Assembly: GCF_001194135.2 (NCBI RefSeq)
Contig: NC_068982.1
Span: 97,216,868-97,280,867 of the forward strand
Source: Octopus bimaculoides
Taxonomy: Eukaryota
DNA length: 64,000 bases
Direction: 5' to 3'
Every line of letters starts with the position of its first letter. The first letter of the stretch is position 1. The notes under the pieces were generated by a model. That model made no database searches, was not told the DNA's origin, and saw only the letters and a program-made list of their open reading frames with translations. This document shows positions 25,901-36,170 of the stretch, piece after piece. Made by a program: the position numbers and the translations under genes.

Positions 25901-27931
25901 NNNNNNNNNNNNNNNNNNNNNNNNNNNNNNNNNNNNNNNNNNNNNNNNNNNNNNNNNNNNNNNNNNNNNNNNNNNNNNNNNNNNNNNNNNNNNNNNNNNN
26001 NNNNNNNNNNNNNNNNNNNNNNNNNNNNNNNNNNNNNNNNNNNNNNNNNNNNNNNNNNNNNNNNNNNNNNNNNNNNNNNNNNNNNNNNNNNNNNNNNNNN
26101 NNNNNNNNNNNNNNNNNNNNNNNNNNNNNNNNNNNNNNNNNNNNNNNNNNNNNNNNNNNNNNNNNNNNNNNNNNNNNNNNNNNNNNNNNNNNNNNNNNNN
26201 NNNNNNNNNNNNNNNNNNNNNNNNNNNNNNNNNNNNNNNNNNNNNNNNNNNNNNNNNNNNNNNNNNNNNNNNNNNNNNNNNNNCCGCTAAGTTACAGGGA
26301 CCTAAACACACCAGCATCGGTTGTCAAGCGATGTTGGGGGGAGGGGACAAACACACACACACACATATACATGACGGGCTTCTTTCAGTTTCCATCTACC
26401 AAATCCACTCACAAGGCTTTGGTCGGCCCGAGGCTATAGTAGAAGACACCTGCCCAAGGTGCCAGGCAGTGGGACTGAACCCGGCACCATGTGGTTGGTA
26501 AGCAGGCTACTTACCTGCGCATATATATATTTTTTTGAAAAATTGAAATTTTACAAATTTTTTTCAGAATCGTAATCTTCGTATTTTTCTACGCATTTCG
26601 TAATAAAAAAACCCAAAAAACTTCGGGATAAGTGGAAAATGAGGAGGGGAGGGGGTTGGGGTTACATTTTGAAAATTGCGATTTTTTGAAATTCTTTTTT
26701 TTTCAGAATCGGATTCTCCATAACCAAAAACGTGGGATTCCGTAAAAAAAATCAATAGTTTGTTCCCAGGTGCGAATCTTTATATTAGCCTAAATATTTT
26801 CTTAAAACTTCATGCGTTGTCCAACTTTCACATCCTACAATATGCCGTTATAACAACAAATTATTATCGTTTGTGTACCTAATCAATCTTACTAGTTAGA
26901 ATTGGTAACTACACTAATTAAAACCTAAACGTTACACACTTGTAGACAGACGTGTATATTTCTTAAAAAAAAACACACTCTCTATAAATTTCTTAGTAAC
27001 ATGCAGAAGCATTTGTCATGGTAGTAGAATCTTCTGTACTTTGTTCAAAAAATAGATCGTGTTGCTTGAAAAATAAAACTCGTAAATGCAGGATCTCGTA
27101 AAGCGTGTCCTTGTAAAGTGAAGCATTACTGTACTGCTAAGTATTTGCCCGGCGTGCTAACGATTCTGCCTGCTCGCTCCTTAATAATAATAATAATAAT
27201 AATAGTAATCCTTTTTACTAAAAGCACGAGGCCTGACATTTTTGCGGGAGGTAAGTAGTCGATTACATCAACTCCAGCGTTTCACTGGTACTTATCGACC
27301 CCGAAAGGATGAAAGGTTAAGTCGAACATGCAGATGGACAAAATGTTGTTAAGCATTTTGCTCAATGTGCTACCGAATCTGCCAGCTCGCCGCCTTATAA
27401 TTATAATAAGAGGAAGGCCTTAATCGATTCCATTGACTCTAGTACTGCACTAGTACTTTATTTTATCGACCCCAAAAGGCTGAAAAGCAGAGTTGGCATC
27501 GGGGAGATTAACTTTGCTTTTCACCCTTTCGAGATCGATGAAATAAAGTACCAGCGAAGCATTGGAGTCGATAGAATCAACGAAGACCCTTCCTTCTGAC
27601 GAGGCATAATGTAATATTGATGCATTTCTCTTACTAATGGAATACAAGTGAAGGGCTTTAACCTGTAAGCGAATTAGCAAAATATCTTCTTTAAAATAAT
27701 GTTGACATTTAAAAAACGAAGAAACATAAAGCACACATAAAATAATTAAAAGAATTTAAATCAGAAAAGACGAAGAAAACCTGCTCCAATAATAACAGCA
27801 TCATATTTGAGTTGAAGTGTTTTGGGTTTACAGTAATATCTTGTAGGGTTTTTGAAGAATTTGTGCTGAGCGAAAACTTGGTAATTAATTCTGGTCCAAG
27901 AAAAAGACAAAAACCTGGGGTTAAACACCAT
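211..27931 (-). CDS. PYROXD2: Pyridine nucleotide-disulfide oxidoreductase domain-containing protein 2 (phytoene-desaturase-like, mitochondrial); 13 coding exons in window, 3' end runs off the window
   Basis: Exons 27931-27781, 21006-20987, 20289-20196, 18514-18441, 15387-15232, 14967-14814, 13072-13011, 10755-10658, 8762-8621, 6034-5903, 4334-4262, 2922-2766, 365-211. All GT-AG, phases join into one 1468-nt frame. Motifs [13 protein letters not shown] (GxGxxG FAD fold), [77 protein letters not shown] match recalled human PYROXD2. Confidence 0.95.
441..590 (-). mobile_element. RTE-tail short copy
   Basis: catcatcgtttaacgtccgctttccatgctagcatgggttggacg signature. Confidence 0.8.
2766..2922 (-). 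CDS. PYROXD2: PYROXD2 exon 12 ([14 protein letters not shown]...[12 protein letters not shown]...GYPSHK)
   Basis: 157 nt, tag|...|gtaat; inside ORF 2762..2968. Confidence 0.95.
3009..3384. repeat. Long palindrome (~155-bp arms) plus 55-nt extension, 13-bp flanking direct repeat, hammerhead-like motif in each arm; PYROXD2 intron 11
   Basis: Arms 3009-~3164 / ~3172-3327; ATTTATTCAATTA at 2998-3010 and 3385-3397; CTGAAGA-G-ATTGCA-agag-TGCAAT-GAAA at 3198-3225. Confidence 0.85.
4262..4334 (-). CDS. PYROXD2: PYROXD2 exon 11 ([24 protein letters not shown])
   Basis: 73 nt, cag|...|gtaag. Confidence 0.93.
5560..5730 (+). repeat. Short ~21-bp tandem repeat (acatcaaacatcttgctata)
   Basis: Three to four adjacent copies at 5575-5645 with decayed flanks. 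Confidence 0.6.
5903..6034 (-). CDS. PYROXD2: PYROXD2 exon 10 ([23 protein letters not shown]...TFLDLLPK)
   Basis: 132 nt, cag|...|gttag. Confidence 0.95.
7259..7580 (-). mobile_element. RTE-tail copy
   Basis: Same (CAT)n-terminated signature. Confidence 0.8.
8621..8762 (-). CDS. PYROXD2: PYROXD2 exon 9 ([26 protein letters not shown]...FTNK)
   Basis: 142 nt, tag|...|gtatt. Confidence 0.95.
8925..9345. repeat. Long palindrome (~180-bp arms, ~50-nt pyrimidine loop), each arm with a hammerhead-like motif; PYROXD2 intron 8
   Basis: Arms ~8935-9110 / ~9165-9340; plus arm CTGAAGA (9218) ... GAAACACGTGTA (9297-9308). Confidence 0.85.
10658..10755 (-). CDS. PYROXD2: PYROXD2 exon 8 ([33 protein letters not shown])
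   Basis: 98 nt, cag|...|gtaagt. Confidence 0.95.
10894..11134 (+). mobile_element. RTE-tail copy
   Basis: Ends gcagacgttaaacgatgataatgatgat. Confidence 0.8.
11917..12300 (-). mobile_element. tRNA-head SINE (~380 bp), full length
   Basis: 13-bp TSD GGTAACCATATAT (11904-11916, 12301-12313); head ggaggcacaatggcccagtggttaggg. Confidence 0.88.
13011..13072 (-). CDS. PYROXD2: PYROXD2 exon 7 ([20 protein letters not shown])
   Basis: 62 nt, tag|...|gttag. Confidence 0.92.
13150..13510 (+). mobile_element. CORE/MIR-like compound SINE with internal (TG)n; related copies near 2350-2720, 19820-20110 (-), 21082-21770, 26290-26520 (-)
   Basis: gtggctgtgtgg head, ggttcagtcccact B-box region, (cc)ttgggcaagtgtcttctactatagcc core in sister copies. 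Confidence 0.7.
13580..13644. repeat. (TG)n microsatellite
   Basis: Visible. Confidence 0.95.
13700..13932 (-). mobile_element. tRNA-head SINE with gcctttcatcctttcggggtcgataaa core; many decayed copies (e.g. 4790, 14020, 19561, 21890-23310, 27140-27600, 29790, 32170, 56020, 58100, 60080-60530, 62940)
   Basis: aggcggcgagctggcagaaacgttag head, gagttcaaattcc B-box, ...gtgggaaataaagaaat tail. Confidence 0.78.
14456..14640 (-). mobile_element. Solo PLE pseudo-LTR fragment (35-kb family), hammerhead core G12>A
   Basis: gacacCTGATGAaggctg...cagccAAAAcattgtgtc preceded by (AAT)n. Confidence 0.8.
14814..14967 (-). CDS. PYROXD2: PYROXD2 exon 6 ([23 protein letters not shown]...FGKS)
   Basis: 154 nt, cag|...|gtaag. 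Confidence 0.92.
15232..15387 (-). CDS. PYROXD2: PYROXD2 exon 5 ([18 protein letters not shown]...[11 protein letters not shown])
   Basis: 156 nt, cag|...|gtaaa; inside ORF 15184..15492. Confidence 0.95.
16106..16183. repeat. (AT)n microsatellite abutting the RTE 5' break
   Basis: Visible. Confidence 0.95.
16185..17341 (+). mobile_element. RTE-clade LINE fragment: RT N-terminal half joined to the 3' tail (internal deletion)
   Basis: [35 protein letters not shown], frameshifted [13 protein letters not shown]; in-frame stop at 16502-16504; (GAT)n tail. Confidence 0.9.
18441..18514 (-). CDS. PYROXD2: PYROXD2 exon 4 ([24 protein letters not shown])
   Basis: 74 nt, tag|...|gtata. Confidence 0.95.
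18760..18850. repeat. Compound (TAG)n/(GGT)n/(GTT)n trinucleotide microsatellite
   Basis: Visible. Confidence 0.9.
19000..19090 (-). mobile_element. Degenerate PLE pseudo-LTR fragment (35-kb family), hammerhead core G12>A
   Basis: aacacCTGATGAaggctg...cagccAAAAtgttgtg. Confidence 0.7.
19181..19531 (-). mobile_element. 5'-truncated R4/Dong-type non-LTR retrotransposon 3' end (restriction-like endonuclease C-terminus) inside a (TAA)n array
   Basis: ORF 19277..19534 [32 protein letters not shown]...[17 protein letters not shown]; (TAA)n tracts on both sides. Confidence 0.8.
20196..20289 (-). CDS. PYROXD2: PYROXD2 exon 3 ([31 protein letters not shown])
   Basis: 94 nt, cag|...|gtaag. Confidence 0.95.
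20987..21006 (-). CDS. PYROXD2: PYROXD2 exon 2, 20-nt microexon (G-HNGLIT)
   Basis: tttctgtgtttcag|GACACAATGGATTGATTACT|gtaagt; phases fit both neighbours. Confidence 0.9.
22094..22465 (-). mobile_element. RTE-tail copy
   Basis: Same signature. Confidence 0.8.
24045..25281 (+). mobile_element. RTE LINE 3' end: ORF2 C-terminus, repetitive 3' UTR, (GAT)n tail
   Basis: [49 protein letters not shown]; tail gacgttaaacgatgatgat. Confidence 0.9.
27781..27931 (-). CDS. PYROXD2: PYROXD2 coding exon 1 ([51 protein letters not shown])
   Basis: ATG at 27931; basic, acid-free targeting-like N-terminus; ends in phase 1 at donor GTTTTC. Confidence 0.85.
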
Positions 27932-28638
27932 TGCTTCAACACTTTTTGCTGATAAGAAGTCGTTAGACAGTAATCGTCGTTGTGCTAACAGATAAAAGAC
28001 CAGCCAGGTAATAAATTTATGTCAAAGGCCTAATTCTTATCTGAATAATTAGAGAAATCACGAGTTATTCGAAACGATGTTCAGCTTTTTTGTAAGATCA
28101 TTTTTAGTTTTAATTTAATTACATACATGTATTCAAGTGATGTTTAACCTGTATCAAATTTCAGTTGCTGCTGCTGCTGTGTAACCTACTTGTACCGATA
28201 TCAGTATTGTTTTCTAATATTTAACAAGCTGCTGTAGATTGGTAGAATCGGTAAAGTGGCATAGTTCTCTTTACGTACAGATTTATAATCCCACAAACAT
28301 AAATTTTGCATTCCATCCTTTTAAGGGTATCAGTCAAATACTGAGATCAATATGATTGACTATTCACCCTATCAATTTGTATCAGTGTACCAGTGTTCGA
28401 AATCAATGTTTATTAACAGCGTGAAAAGAGGCGGTCTTTTAAGTTAAAGTGAGGGTGATTAGCTTTTGTCTGATACAGGACATAATAACTTAGTGACCCA
28501 ACCTGATAACAGTTGGTGTTGTGTTTAGCAGCAGGGGAGCCATGATTTTCCAGTGACACGGCCTGTGTTTCTGTTGGTTTCGTTAAACAACATGCTTTCG
28601 ACAGTAGCAAACGCACATGTATAAAATCGACCCCCTAC

Positions 28639-28690
28639 CTTTCTCCTGCAGTCCGCACTACCAACGCTACGCCGCACGCAAATCTTTCAT
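28639..28690 (-). other. Candidate non-coding first exon of PYROXD2
   Basis: CpG-rich patch ending aaag|GTAGGG; matching acceptor with CTAAC branch site (ctaacgacttcttatcag|, AG at 27950-27949) 18 nt upstream of the ATG. Confidence 0.4.
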
Positions 28691-29037
28691 CATATCTTAT
28701 GATAGAAAGACGTTCTATCTATGAAACATCTTGTATTTTATTTATGCATAATCTGACTAGAATCACATTGTCCTCTCCCCATTCTTTCAAGACGGTAAAA
28801 TGTAATTTGATGATCTAACTGTAATTTCTAACTAACGGGCTCGTAGTAGAGTTGAGTGGTTGTCTGGTTATTGTTTAGCCAAGGTAAGCTCAGATTAAAC
28901 AGATCTATGAGTAAAGATACTCCAGGCCTAACCATCTCAATATTTTTCCCGTATTGTTTTCCATATGCGCCCCGCCTTTTTTTTTTCAAGTCACTAGAGC
29001 ATATAATTTAACAGATGTTTGACTGCTATTTCTACCA

Positions 29038-29438
29038 AGTAACTGCACGATAAAGTGTAGTATATTGCCACTTAAGTGTGGCTGACCCCTAGGGTGGATG
29101 TTACTGTTGCTTTTAGCCCCAGGAGGACATCTCCTCCAGCTGGCTTATCGACACACTACTGTGTCCTGTTTGCCAAGGGAAGTTATCCCTCCCATCATGA
29201 TCTGTATCACGAACGGACCCGGGTTTCAGGGTTATTTCCCTTCGTCAGCGTCCGATAGCCACTGATCTTTGATGAGAGAGATAAAATCTTGGCAATCTTA
29301 TATCTACTTTTCCAGTGAAATTCTTCACTGATATCGAAAAGGAGATGTCCTCCTGGGGCTAAAAGCAACAGTAACATCCACCCCTAGGGGTCAGCCACAC
29401 TTAAGTGGCAATATACTACACTTTATCGTGCAGTTACT
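29038..29438 (-). mobile_element. Inverted-terminus PLE-type repeat (family 2) with ~97-bp inverted arms and central hammerhead motif
   Basis: Arms 29038-29135 / 29340-29438 near-perfect reverse complements; hammerhead between them. Confidence 0.75.
29210..29254 (-). ncRNA. Minimal type-I hammerhead ribozyme motif with GUC site
   Basis: CGGACG-CUGACGA-AGGG-aaauaa-CCCU-GAA-ACCCGGGU-C-CGUUCG; 6-bp helix I, 4-bp helix II, palindromic helix III. Confidence 0.8.
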
Positions 29439-32351
29439 GTTAATACTTCATTTAGAGAATTAACATTGCTTGTTTTCATACTGTTCAATGTTATTCAAAA
29501 CAATAAAATCTCGAAGTAATGTAGTGAGGTAGATTCAATGACCGATACCACCCACAACAAATATTAATCCAGCGGTTGATGTTTGTAAGTGTGATATAAT
29601 TAACTGATGTGATCTCATTACATATTGGTACTAATTTCTTTAAATCTGTGGTAAGACGAAAAGAAAGCAAAATTGACTTTGATGAGACTTTATCTCTCAG
29701 CAATAGAATAATGATGTAAATATATGTTGAGGCTAACTGCTCTAAATTTTGAAATAGCAAATATTCGATAATAATGGTTTCAAATATTGGCATACGGCCA
29801 AGTTTTGGTACAAAGACCGAATTTTAAGTGAGGGAAATCGATTAATTCGAAGAAAGTCGATGAATTCAATAAAAATGGTTGAAAAGCTAAGTGGACCCGA
29901 CCTCGGCGGAATTCAAACTCAGAATGTAAAAAGCCGGAAGAGATGCTTCTAGTCATTCTGTCCGGCGCAGTAACGATTCTGCCAGTTCGGCACTTTACTA
30001 ATACTTCATAATAATAATTAAAAAAAAAACTATTTTAAAATAGCGCAAAACTAACAAAACGAGAAAGCAAATAGTAATTTAAGGGAGATAACTCTTCTTC
30101 CCAACATTGCAGTTACGCTACTTGTATAATCTTGGTTGCATCTTTTAAATTAGCTTAATTACTAGCCACATTTTAATCACAGTAGAATATACTGTCATAA
30201 GGGGTTTTATACATAGAAGGGAATAAAAATTATCATTTGCTACATAGTTTCTGGAAAATATGATGGTGGACAGTTCTCTGATTAAAACTGCATCACAATA
30301 GGCTGATTGTTGGGTTTAAAATATCTCAGGGGATAACTTTTCCCTTAATACATCCAAGAGAAAAATATATTCCAAATTCTCTTTAATCTTCATGTCACAG
30401 TTCAGCATGGAACCAGTGGGATTCAACAACTTTCTGGTTATACACACAAGAGGAATTAATATTTACTCCAATGGGATATTACTTATCAGTGGCGGAGTCA
30501 CAGGGGCGATTTCCTAAGGCGCAACATTTCCAAATAAAACGTAATAAAACAGAATAATAATAATAATAATAATACAGTTGTAATAATAAATATAATAAAA
30601 ATAGTAACGCAACCCCCAACAATACTTGCTGTGAACCCTCGCTACGTCACAGGTTTTTTAACTATGGATTCGTTATCACACTGGTGTCACAATTAAAACT
30701 CCTGAGCATTCGGCTTATCCTCTATTCGAGTGACTCGAATTTTTGGGGCTTTTTCATTTCTTAAAAAAAGATTTTCTTACATAGTTATAGTCTTTTTGTG
30801 GGGAATAATTCGCCCGGGTTCGCGCCCTCGGTTATATGCTCGCCGCGACACCGTCCTCCTCGATCGGGCATCGGAAAGTCGCTTTGCCGGTGATTGTCAC
30901 ATCAGAGACAAGCTAGGACAAGATATTATATGGGTCACAGGCTCAGGAATATTGGATCGCCATGATCTTAAGTGCAAGTAAAAGATTCCCAAAATGTTCA
31001 ATGCCATTCTCCATATATCTGGGTTTTTATTAGATTGACCTTCTCCTTGAGACATGCTTTAACAAAAACTGAGATATGTTTCACGCCCACTGGGCTTCCA
31101 GTACTCCGGACACCTACCCGGAATTCCTGAGGGCCCGTGTTATTACTATATAGTCGTTGAACTTACACTAGGTTCATCCGTTCTTTTGATAGGTCTTGTT
31201 TTTTGTCCTACTGGGTTTCTAGCCACCCTCCTCACCAGGCAAGCCAACTCGTGGCACCGATTTAGTCGCCGATGACCCGACCATGCAACAGGTTGTACTG
31301 AATTTCATGTTAAGTGACCTCGCACACATACAGACATGCACCACCCTCACTAGCTTCTACTGATTAACTGCAGGTCAATTTTGTAGGAAAGTCACATCAA
31401 TTTCAGTATATTATTGCTATATTATTGCTTGAACTGAATGGAGTGAAGATCAGTACTAGAAATCTTAATGTGTCAAACTTGGTTCGCTATAAATTACATC
31501 AAAACTAGATCCACTCCCATATTGCATTTTCTATATTTTGAAAAATTTCAAATAACTGATTCCATTGAAGTCATTATTTAACAATTTTAAATACGCTTAG
31601 GAGTTTTTTTGTCTATAATTTGCACGTATGATCTAAGTTAATCGCACCATATTACCATATTGTAAATGTATTAAATATGCTGCTTGCTAAGTAGTTTTTC
31701 TCAGCCATACTATTGATACAATCACATATTAGTGCGATTAATTGGAATTAAAATACAAATTACAAATCATGTTTAAGCTAAATCACATTCAATTATGTCC
31801 AATTTGAATTCCGTATTCCACATAAAATATTTGTCAGGCCTCTAAATTTCAACTTTAGAGATCTATCTTACACGTACCAAATTTTCTTTTGCTTTCTCGT
31901 TACTTATAATCAAAGAATGTTAGCGAATATGCTAGCTCTAATGGACCGCTTCATCTCTGCATGATTGACTAAAACCACCGTGAATACAGTATTCTTTGCA
32001 AACTATCAGAAACAATTGTATTTTCTAAGTCGTGGAATATGTTACTAATATGTTCTATTAACCCATTTTGTAAAAACATAGTTTTCAAATTCGTTGACAT
32101 TCTAGTGTCCGTTAGTTACTATCAGAATGCGGTGTTGGCACACAAAAATTGCATGTGAATGTTTTTCAGTCATTCTTATTTCTTTATTGCCCACAAGAGG
32201 CTAAACATAGAAGGGACAAACAGAGGGATTAAGTCGATTACATCGACCTCAGTGCATAACTGGTACTTAATTTATCGACCCCGAAAGGATGAAAGGCAAA
32301 GTCGACCTCGGCGGAATTTGAACTCAGAACGTAGCGGCAGACGAAATACCG

Positions 32352-33926
32352 ATTTCTTTATTACCCATAAAGGGCTATACAAAGAATTTTTAAGACATCA
32401 CAAAATATAAAGTCAGTACAAAATGCCAACATAAAATCCGGGTAATTAAAATAAAATGATAATATGCAAGAATGAAAAAAATGAGGCTCAATGTCNNNNN
32501 NNNNNGTAAACATTTTAACGGTTTTGTAACTCAAAAAATTCAAACACTCGCGTTACCTTTCTTCCATTAATCATTGTTACGTCCGTCCTTAACAACTGCA
32601 AATAATCAGTTCTACGGGGTGGTGTCTCCACCAACCATATCCGTTTCGTTAATATAATTTCACCAAGTTCTTCTATGCGCTCCCAGCAGCCTTCCTCAGG
32701 TATCAAAATGCATCTTTCAGCACATTTCTCTGGCATTTTCACTCTTATTACTTCTCCCAACCTCTCGACCCTTCTCTCCATCTGCTCGCAACTCTCGTAC
32801 TTTATCAAAACCCCCTTGTATTTCACATCTTTATCCGTTCTCTCCTCCTCCTCTTGTACATTATTAGCTTCTGGCTTTTTTATCTCTTTTTTTGTTATCC
32901 GTTGACCGTTTTTTAAACTTATTTTTCCTTCGCTTTTTAGGGTTAGTAGCTCCATTTTCGTTCTTCTTTGTTTCACACTTCTGTCTCTCTTTTATTTCCT
33001 CAGTGTAGTCTACAATTCTTTCCTCCTCTGTTTGTGCTTTCTCTTGCTGTGGCAACTCATATAGGGGGCATTTGGTCTTCATATGACCTCTCTCCCTGCA
33101 TATATAACAATTTGGTTTTCTTCCCTCGACTACGACATTTAACGCTTTCTCGTCCTCCACTTCTATCTGGTAGGGATTTCTTTCAATGTCCTCGAATGTG
33201 GCAAAAAGCCATATTTCGAGTCCAAATCCCCACCATTTGCACACTTTTGATTTCGCCACTGGTCCCAATTCCGGCTCCTCCTTGGTTGCAGCCAGCACTG
33301 TTGCAACCAACCACTCTGGTTTAATATCTGGTGTAACTCTGGGAATACGTATTTTCACAATTCTTCTTCCTCTATAACTTGGTAGCAATGCTATTTTTTC
33401 ACTTCTTAAAATGTTGGTCGCATGCTTGGTTGCCTCTTCTATAGTGGCGAACCTCACCTCTACCGTACCGAACTTTCTTCCTCTGTTGATGTACGTGGCT
33501 TCATTGACAATTTCCCCCAGGCACTCCTCGATTTTCTCTTCCGTCACCATTTCAATTTTACAGGTTTCGACAGCCTGTGTACGATACACTACTGTCCTCA
33601 GAATTTTATTTTCTTTAGTCTCTTTTGGGGGACACAATTTGTATGAGTCTCCCTCAACTTCTATCAAATTCCTGCTTCTGGTCACCTCCTCCGTATCCAA
33701 CTTGATTAACTTGGTTTTACAGCGGCGCTGGCTTCCTCACCTCAGTGGCCTTGGTGTAGCTCTCCATACTGGAGACACTACCACTTGCCATAGCTGGGGA
33801 AAAATGCAGCAGCTCACGTGAAACGTAACCGTAATAATTACACAAAAATCACAATTATTTACCGAGACAGTTTTCACAAAGTAACACAACCGTATTCACA
33901 ATAATTCACTGAGCCGTTATACCTCG
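32352..33926 (-). mobile_element. Non-LTR retrotransposon (L1/Tx1-like ORF1 with CCHC zinc knuckle), frameshifted, inserted within a SINE; ORF2 not visible (10-N gap)
   Basis: ATG 33767 (MESYTKATEV), frameshift, ORF 32864..33700 with CYICRERGHMKTKC, frameshift, ORF to TAA 32515; the SINE breaks at 32351 and resumes at 33927. Confidence 0.78.
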
Positions 33927-34267
33927 AAGCATTTCGCCCGGCGTGCTAATGTGTCTGCCAGCTCGCCGCCTTTTTTTCAGTCCTTCTAAAAATCCAAATC
34001 CTTCGATTTGCTACAGACAGTAACCGAGCTTCCCTTAAATCACATTCTGCCATCTTATAAACTGAAGAACACGTCGAGCAACGAATGTAGTCTCAAATAC
34101 AATATTCCTGAAAAATAAGATGGGATAGTCACCTGTGATTTATAAGTCTATTCGATCAGGACAGACTGTTGCCTTTTCATGAGGAGGAACAGAAACACTT
34201 ACGGCTCTTCTAAGAGCATCTGTTTTTGGTGGGAGAAGATAACTGGAATGCCTGTGTAGTAACGCCG

Positions 34268-34279
34268 TGCGCATGCGTG
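34268..34279. promoter_or_regulatory. NRF-1-like site (TGCGCATGCGTG) in a CpG-enriched patch between PYROXD2 and MRPL49
   Basis: Near match to the YGCGCAYGCGCR consensus; function inferred only. Confidence 0.4.
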
Positions 34280-35171
34280 GAATTAAACAGCCAAGCGTTC
34301 CCGCTTAATTCTATCTCTTTTACGGTCGGCCGACCATGAGCATGGACGTGTTAAGCTGTCTCTCTACATCTTTCGGACTTACACTCGACAGCTCGCTTGC
34401 AACTACATACCCACAACTACGCTCACACACAACAGAAGCTGTAACAACAAGAGCTAAAGATGTATATATTTACCACCTGAATAAAGTGTTGTTTAAGTTG
34501 ATAGTCTGGAGTTCAGCGTTCCGTTATATATTCTTTAATTTTATATAGGAAAGTCAGGTATACATCTAATGATGTATAACCAACTTTCCTATACCTGCAA
34601 CAAAGTAGAGATACTTTGCTAAATGCCAGGGAGTGGTTTTATAACAGATGCTGGATTAAGTCTACCAATCAAGAACAGGAATGGTTCTTCGGATAGGCTT
34701 CTTTGAACCCAATCAAAATCACAAGGCTTTGGTCAACTTGAAGCCGTGCAGTGAGATCGAACACAAAATCGCGTAAATGCAAAACGAAACTCTTTAGCCA
34801 TACAGCCAGGCATATTATATAAGCAATGTAAACGATAAATCTCTAATTATCGTAACGGTCTCATTCTTTAATTACACGCAGCATGTATATGTTTTGGAGA
34901 ACATTTAGTCTGTTTGCAGGCAAGGGGCAACTGTGGATATGTCTAGGTCTATTAAACCCCACTGGTATAATACAGTTTCTGCAAGAATGCACGATCAGTT
35001 GACATTAATTGTTAAATACAGAAAAAACAGGTATTCATGTTATAATAAAAAAATCAACAAAAAATAACAACAGCACAAAATTACAGTTCTATATTTAAGA
35101 GATGAGGAATTATTTACATTATTTACATTATCTACATTTGACGGATATTCGTCCTCATCTTGTTTGTTGTT

Positions 35172-35217
35172 AACACAACGTTTCGGCTGATATACCCTCC
35201 AGCCTTCGTCAGGTGTC
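35172..35217 (-). ncRNA. Minimal type-I hammerhead ribozyme motif, intact core
   Basis: GACAC-CUGACGA-A-GGCUG-gaggguauau-CAGCC-GAA-ACGU-U-GUGUU; helix I 5 bp, helix II 5 bp, palindromic helix III, GUU triplet. Confidence 0.75.
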
Positions 35218-36124
35218 TTGGGGAAATTTCGAACCTGGGTTCTCATTCCTATCGATGTTACTATCTACTCCAATTATGAAGAGAGGATGAAACTAATAAA
35301 CTGTCTACAGTCTGTCTACCCTATGTGAAAGGCCTCTCCGAAAAGATACAAAAGATATGCGGCCCATATGACATCAGGGCAGTATTCAAGAGCAATACAA
35401 CACTTCGCAAATATCTCNNNNNNNNNNNNNNNNNNNNNNNNNNNNNNNNNNNNNNNNNNNNNNNNNNNNNNNNNNNNNNNNNNNNNNNNNNNNNNNNNNN
35501 NNNNNNNNNNNNNNNNNNNNNNNNNNNNNNNNNNNNNNNNNNNNNNNNNNNNNNNNNNNNNNNNNNNNNNNNNNNNNNNNNNNNNNNNNNNNNNNNNNNN
35601 NNNNNNNNNNNNNNNNNNNNNNNNNNNNNNNNNNNNNNNNNNNNNNNNNNNNNNNNNNNNNNNNNNNNNNNNNNNNNNNNNNNNNNNNNNNNNNNNNNNN
35701 NNNNNNNNNNNNNNNNNNNNNNNNNNNNNNNNNNNNNNNNNNNNNNNNNNNNNNNNNNNNNNNNNNNNNNNNNNNNNNNNNNNNNNNNNNNNNNNNNNNN
35801 NNNNNNNNNNNNNNNNNNNNNNNNNNNNNNNNNNNNNNNNNNNNNNNNNNNNNNNNNNNNNNNNNNNNNNNNNNNNNNNNNNNNNNNNNNNNNNNNNNNN
35901 NNNNNNNNNNNNNNNNNGGAACCGGTATTGAGGAAGGATAGAAAATAATAGATTTATAAGCCTTAAAATTCACCCCCATAATTGCCCACGGGCATATGGC
36001 GTAGTGGTTAAGAGCGCGGGCTACTAACCCCAAGCGACCTGATTAATAATAATAATAATAATATAATAATAATAATAATAGTAACATCGATAGGAATGAG
36101 AACCCAGGTTCGAAATTTCCCCAA

Positions 36125-36170
36125 GACACCTGACGAAGGCTGGAGGGTATATCAGCGGAAACGTTGTGTT
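36125..36170 (+). ncRNA. Hammerhead motif, same family, helix II closing pair mutated (G.G)
   Basis: gacac-ctgacga-aggctg...cagcg-gaaacgttgtgtt. Confidence 0.6.

Noticed and set aside
30780-31320. GC-rich patch (possible LINE 5' region or ribozyme)
   Set aside because: No complete hammerhead or HDV-like fold found by eye; only a 14-nt match to the RTE at 17.08 kb
32864-33700. Host zinc-knuckle gene (ZCCHC3-like domestication)
   Set aside because: Frameshifts at both ends, insertion splitting a SINE, and a LINE-like 3' tail; no evidence of a maintained gene
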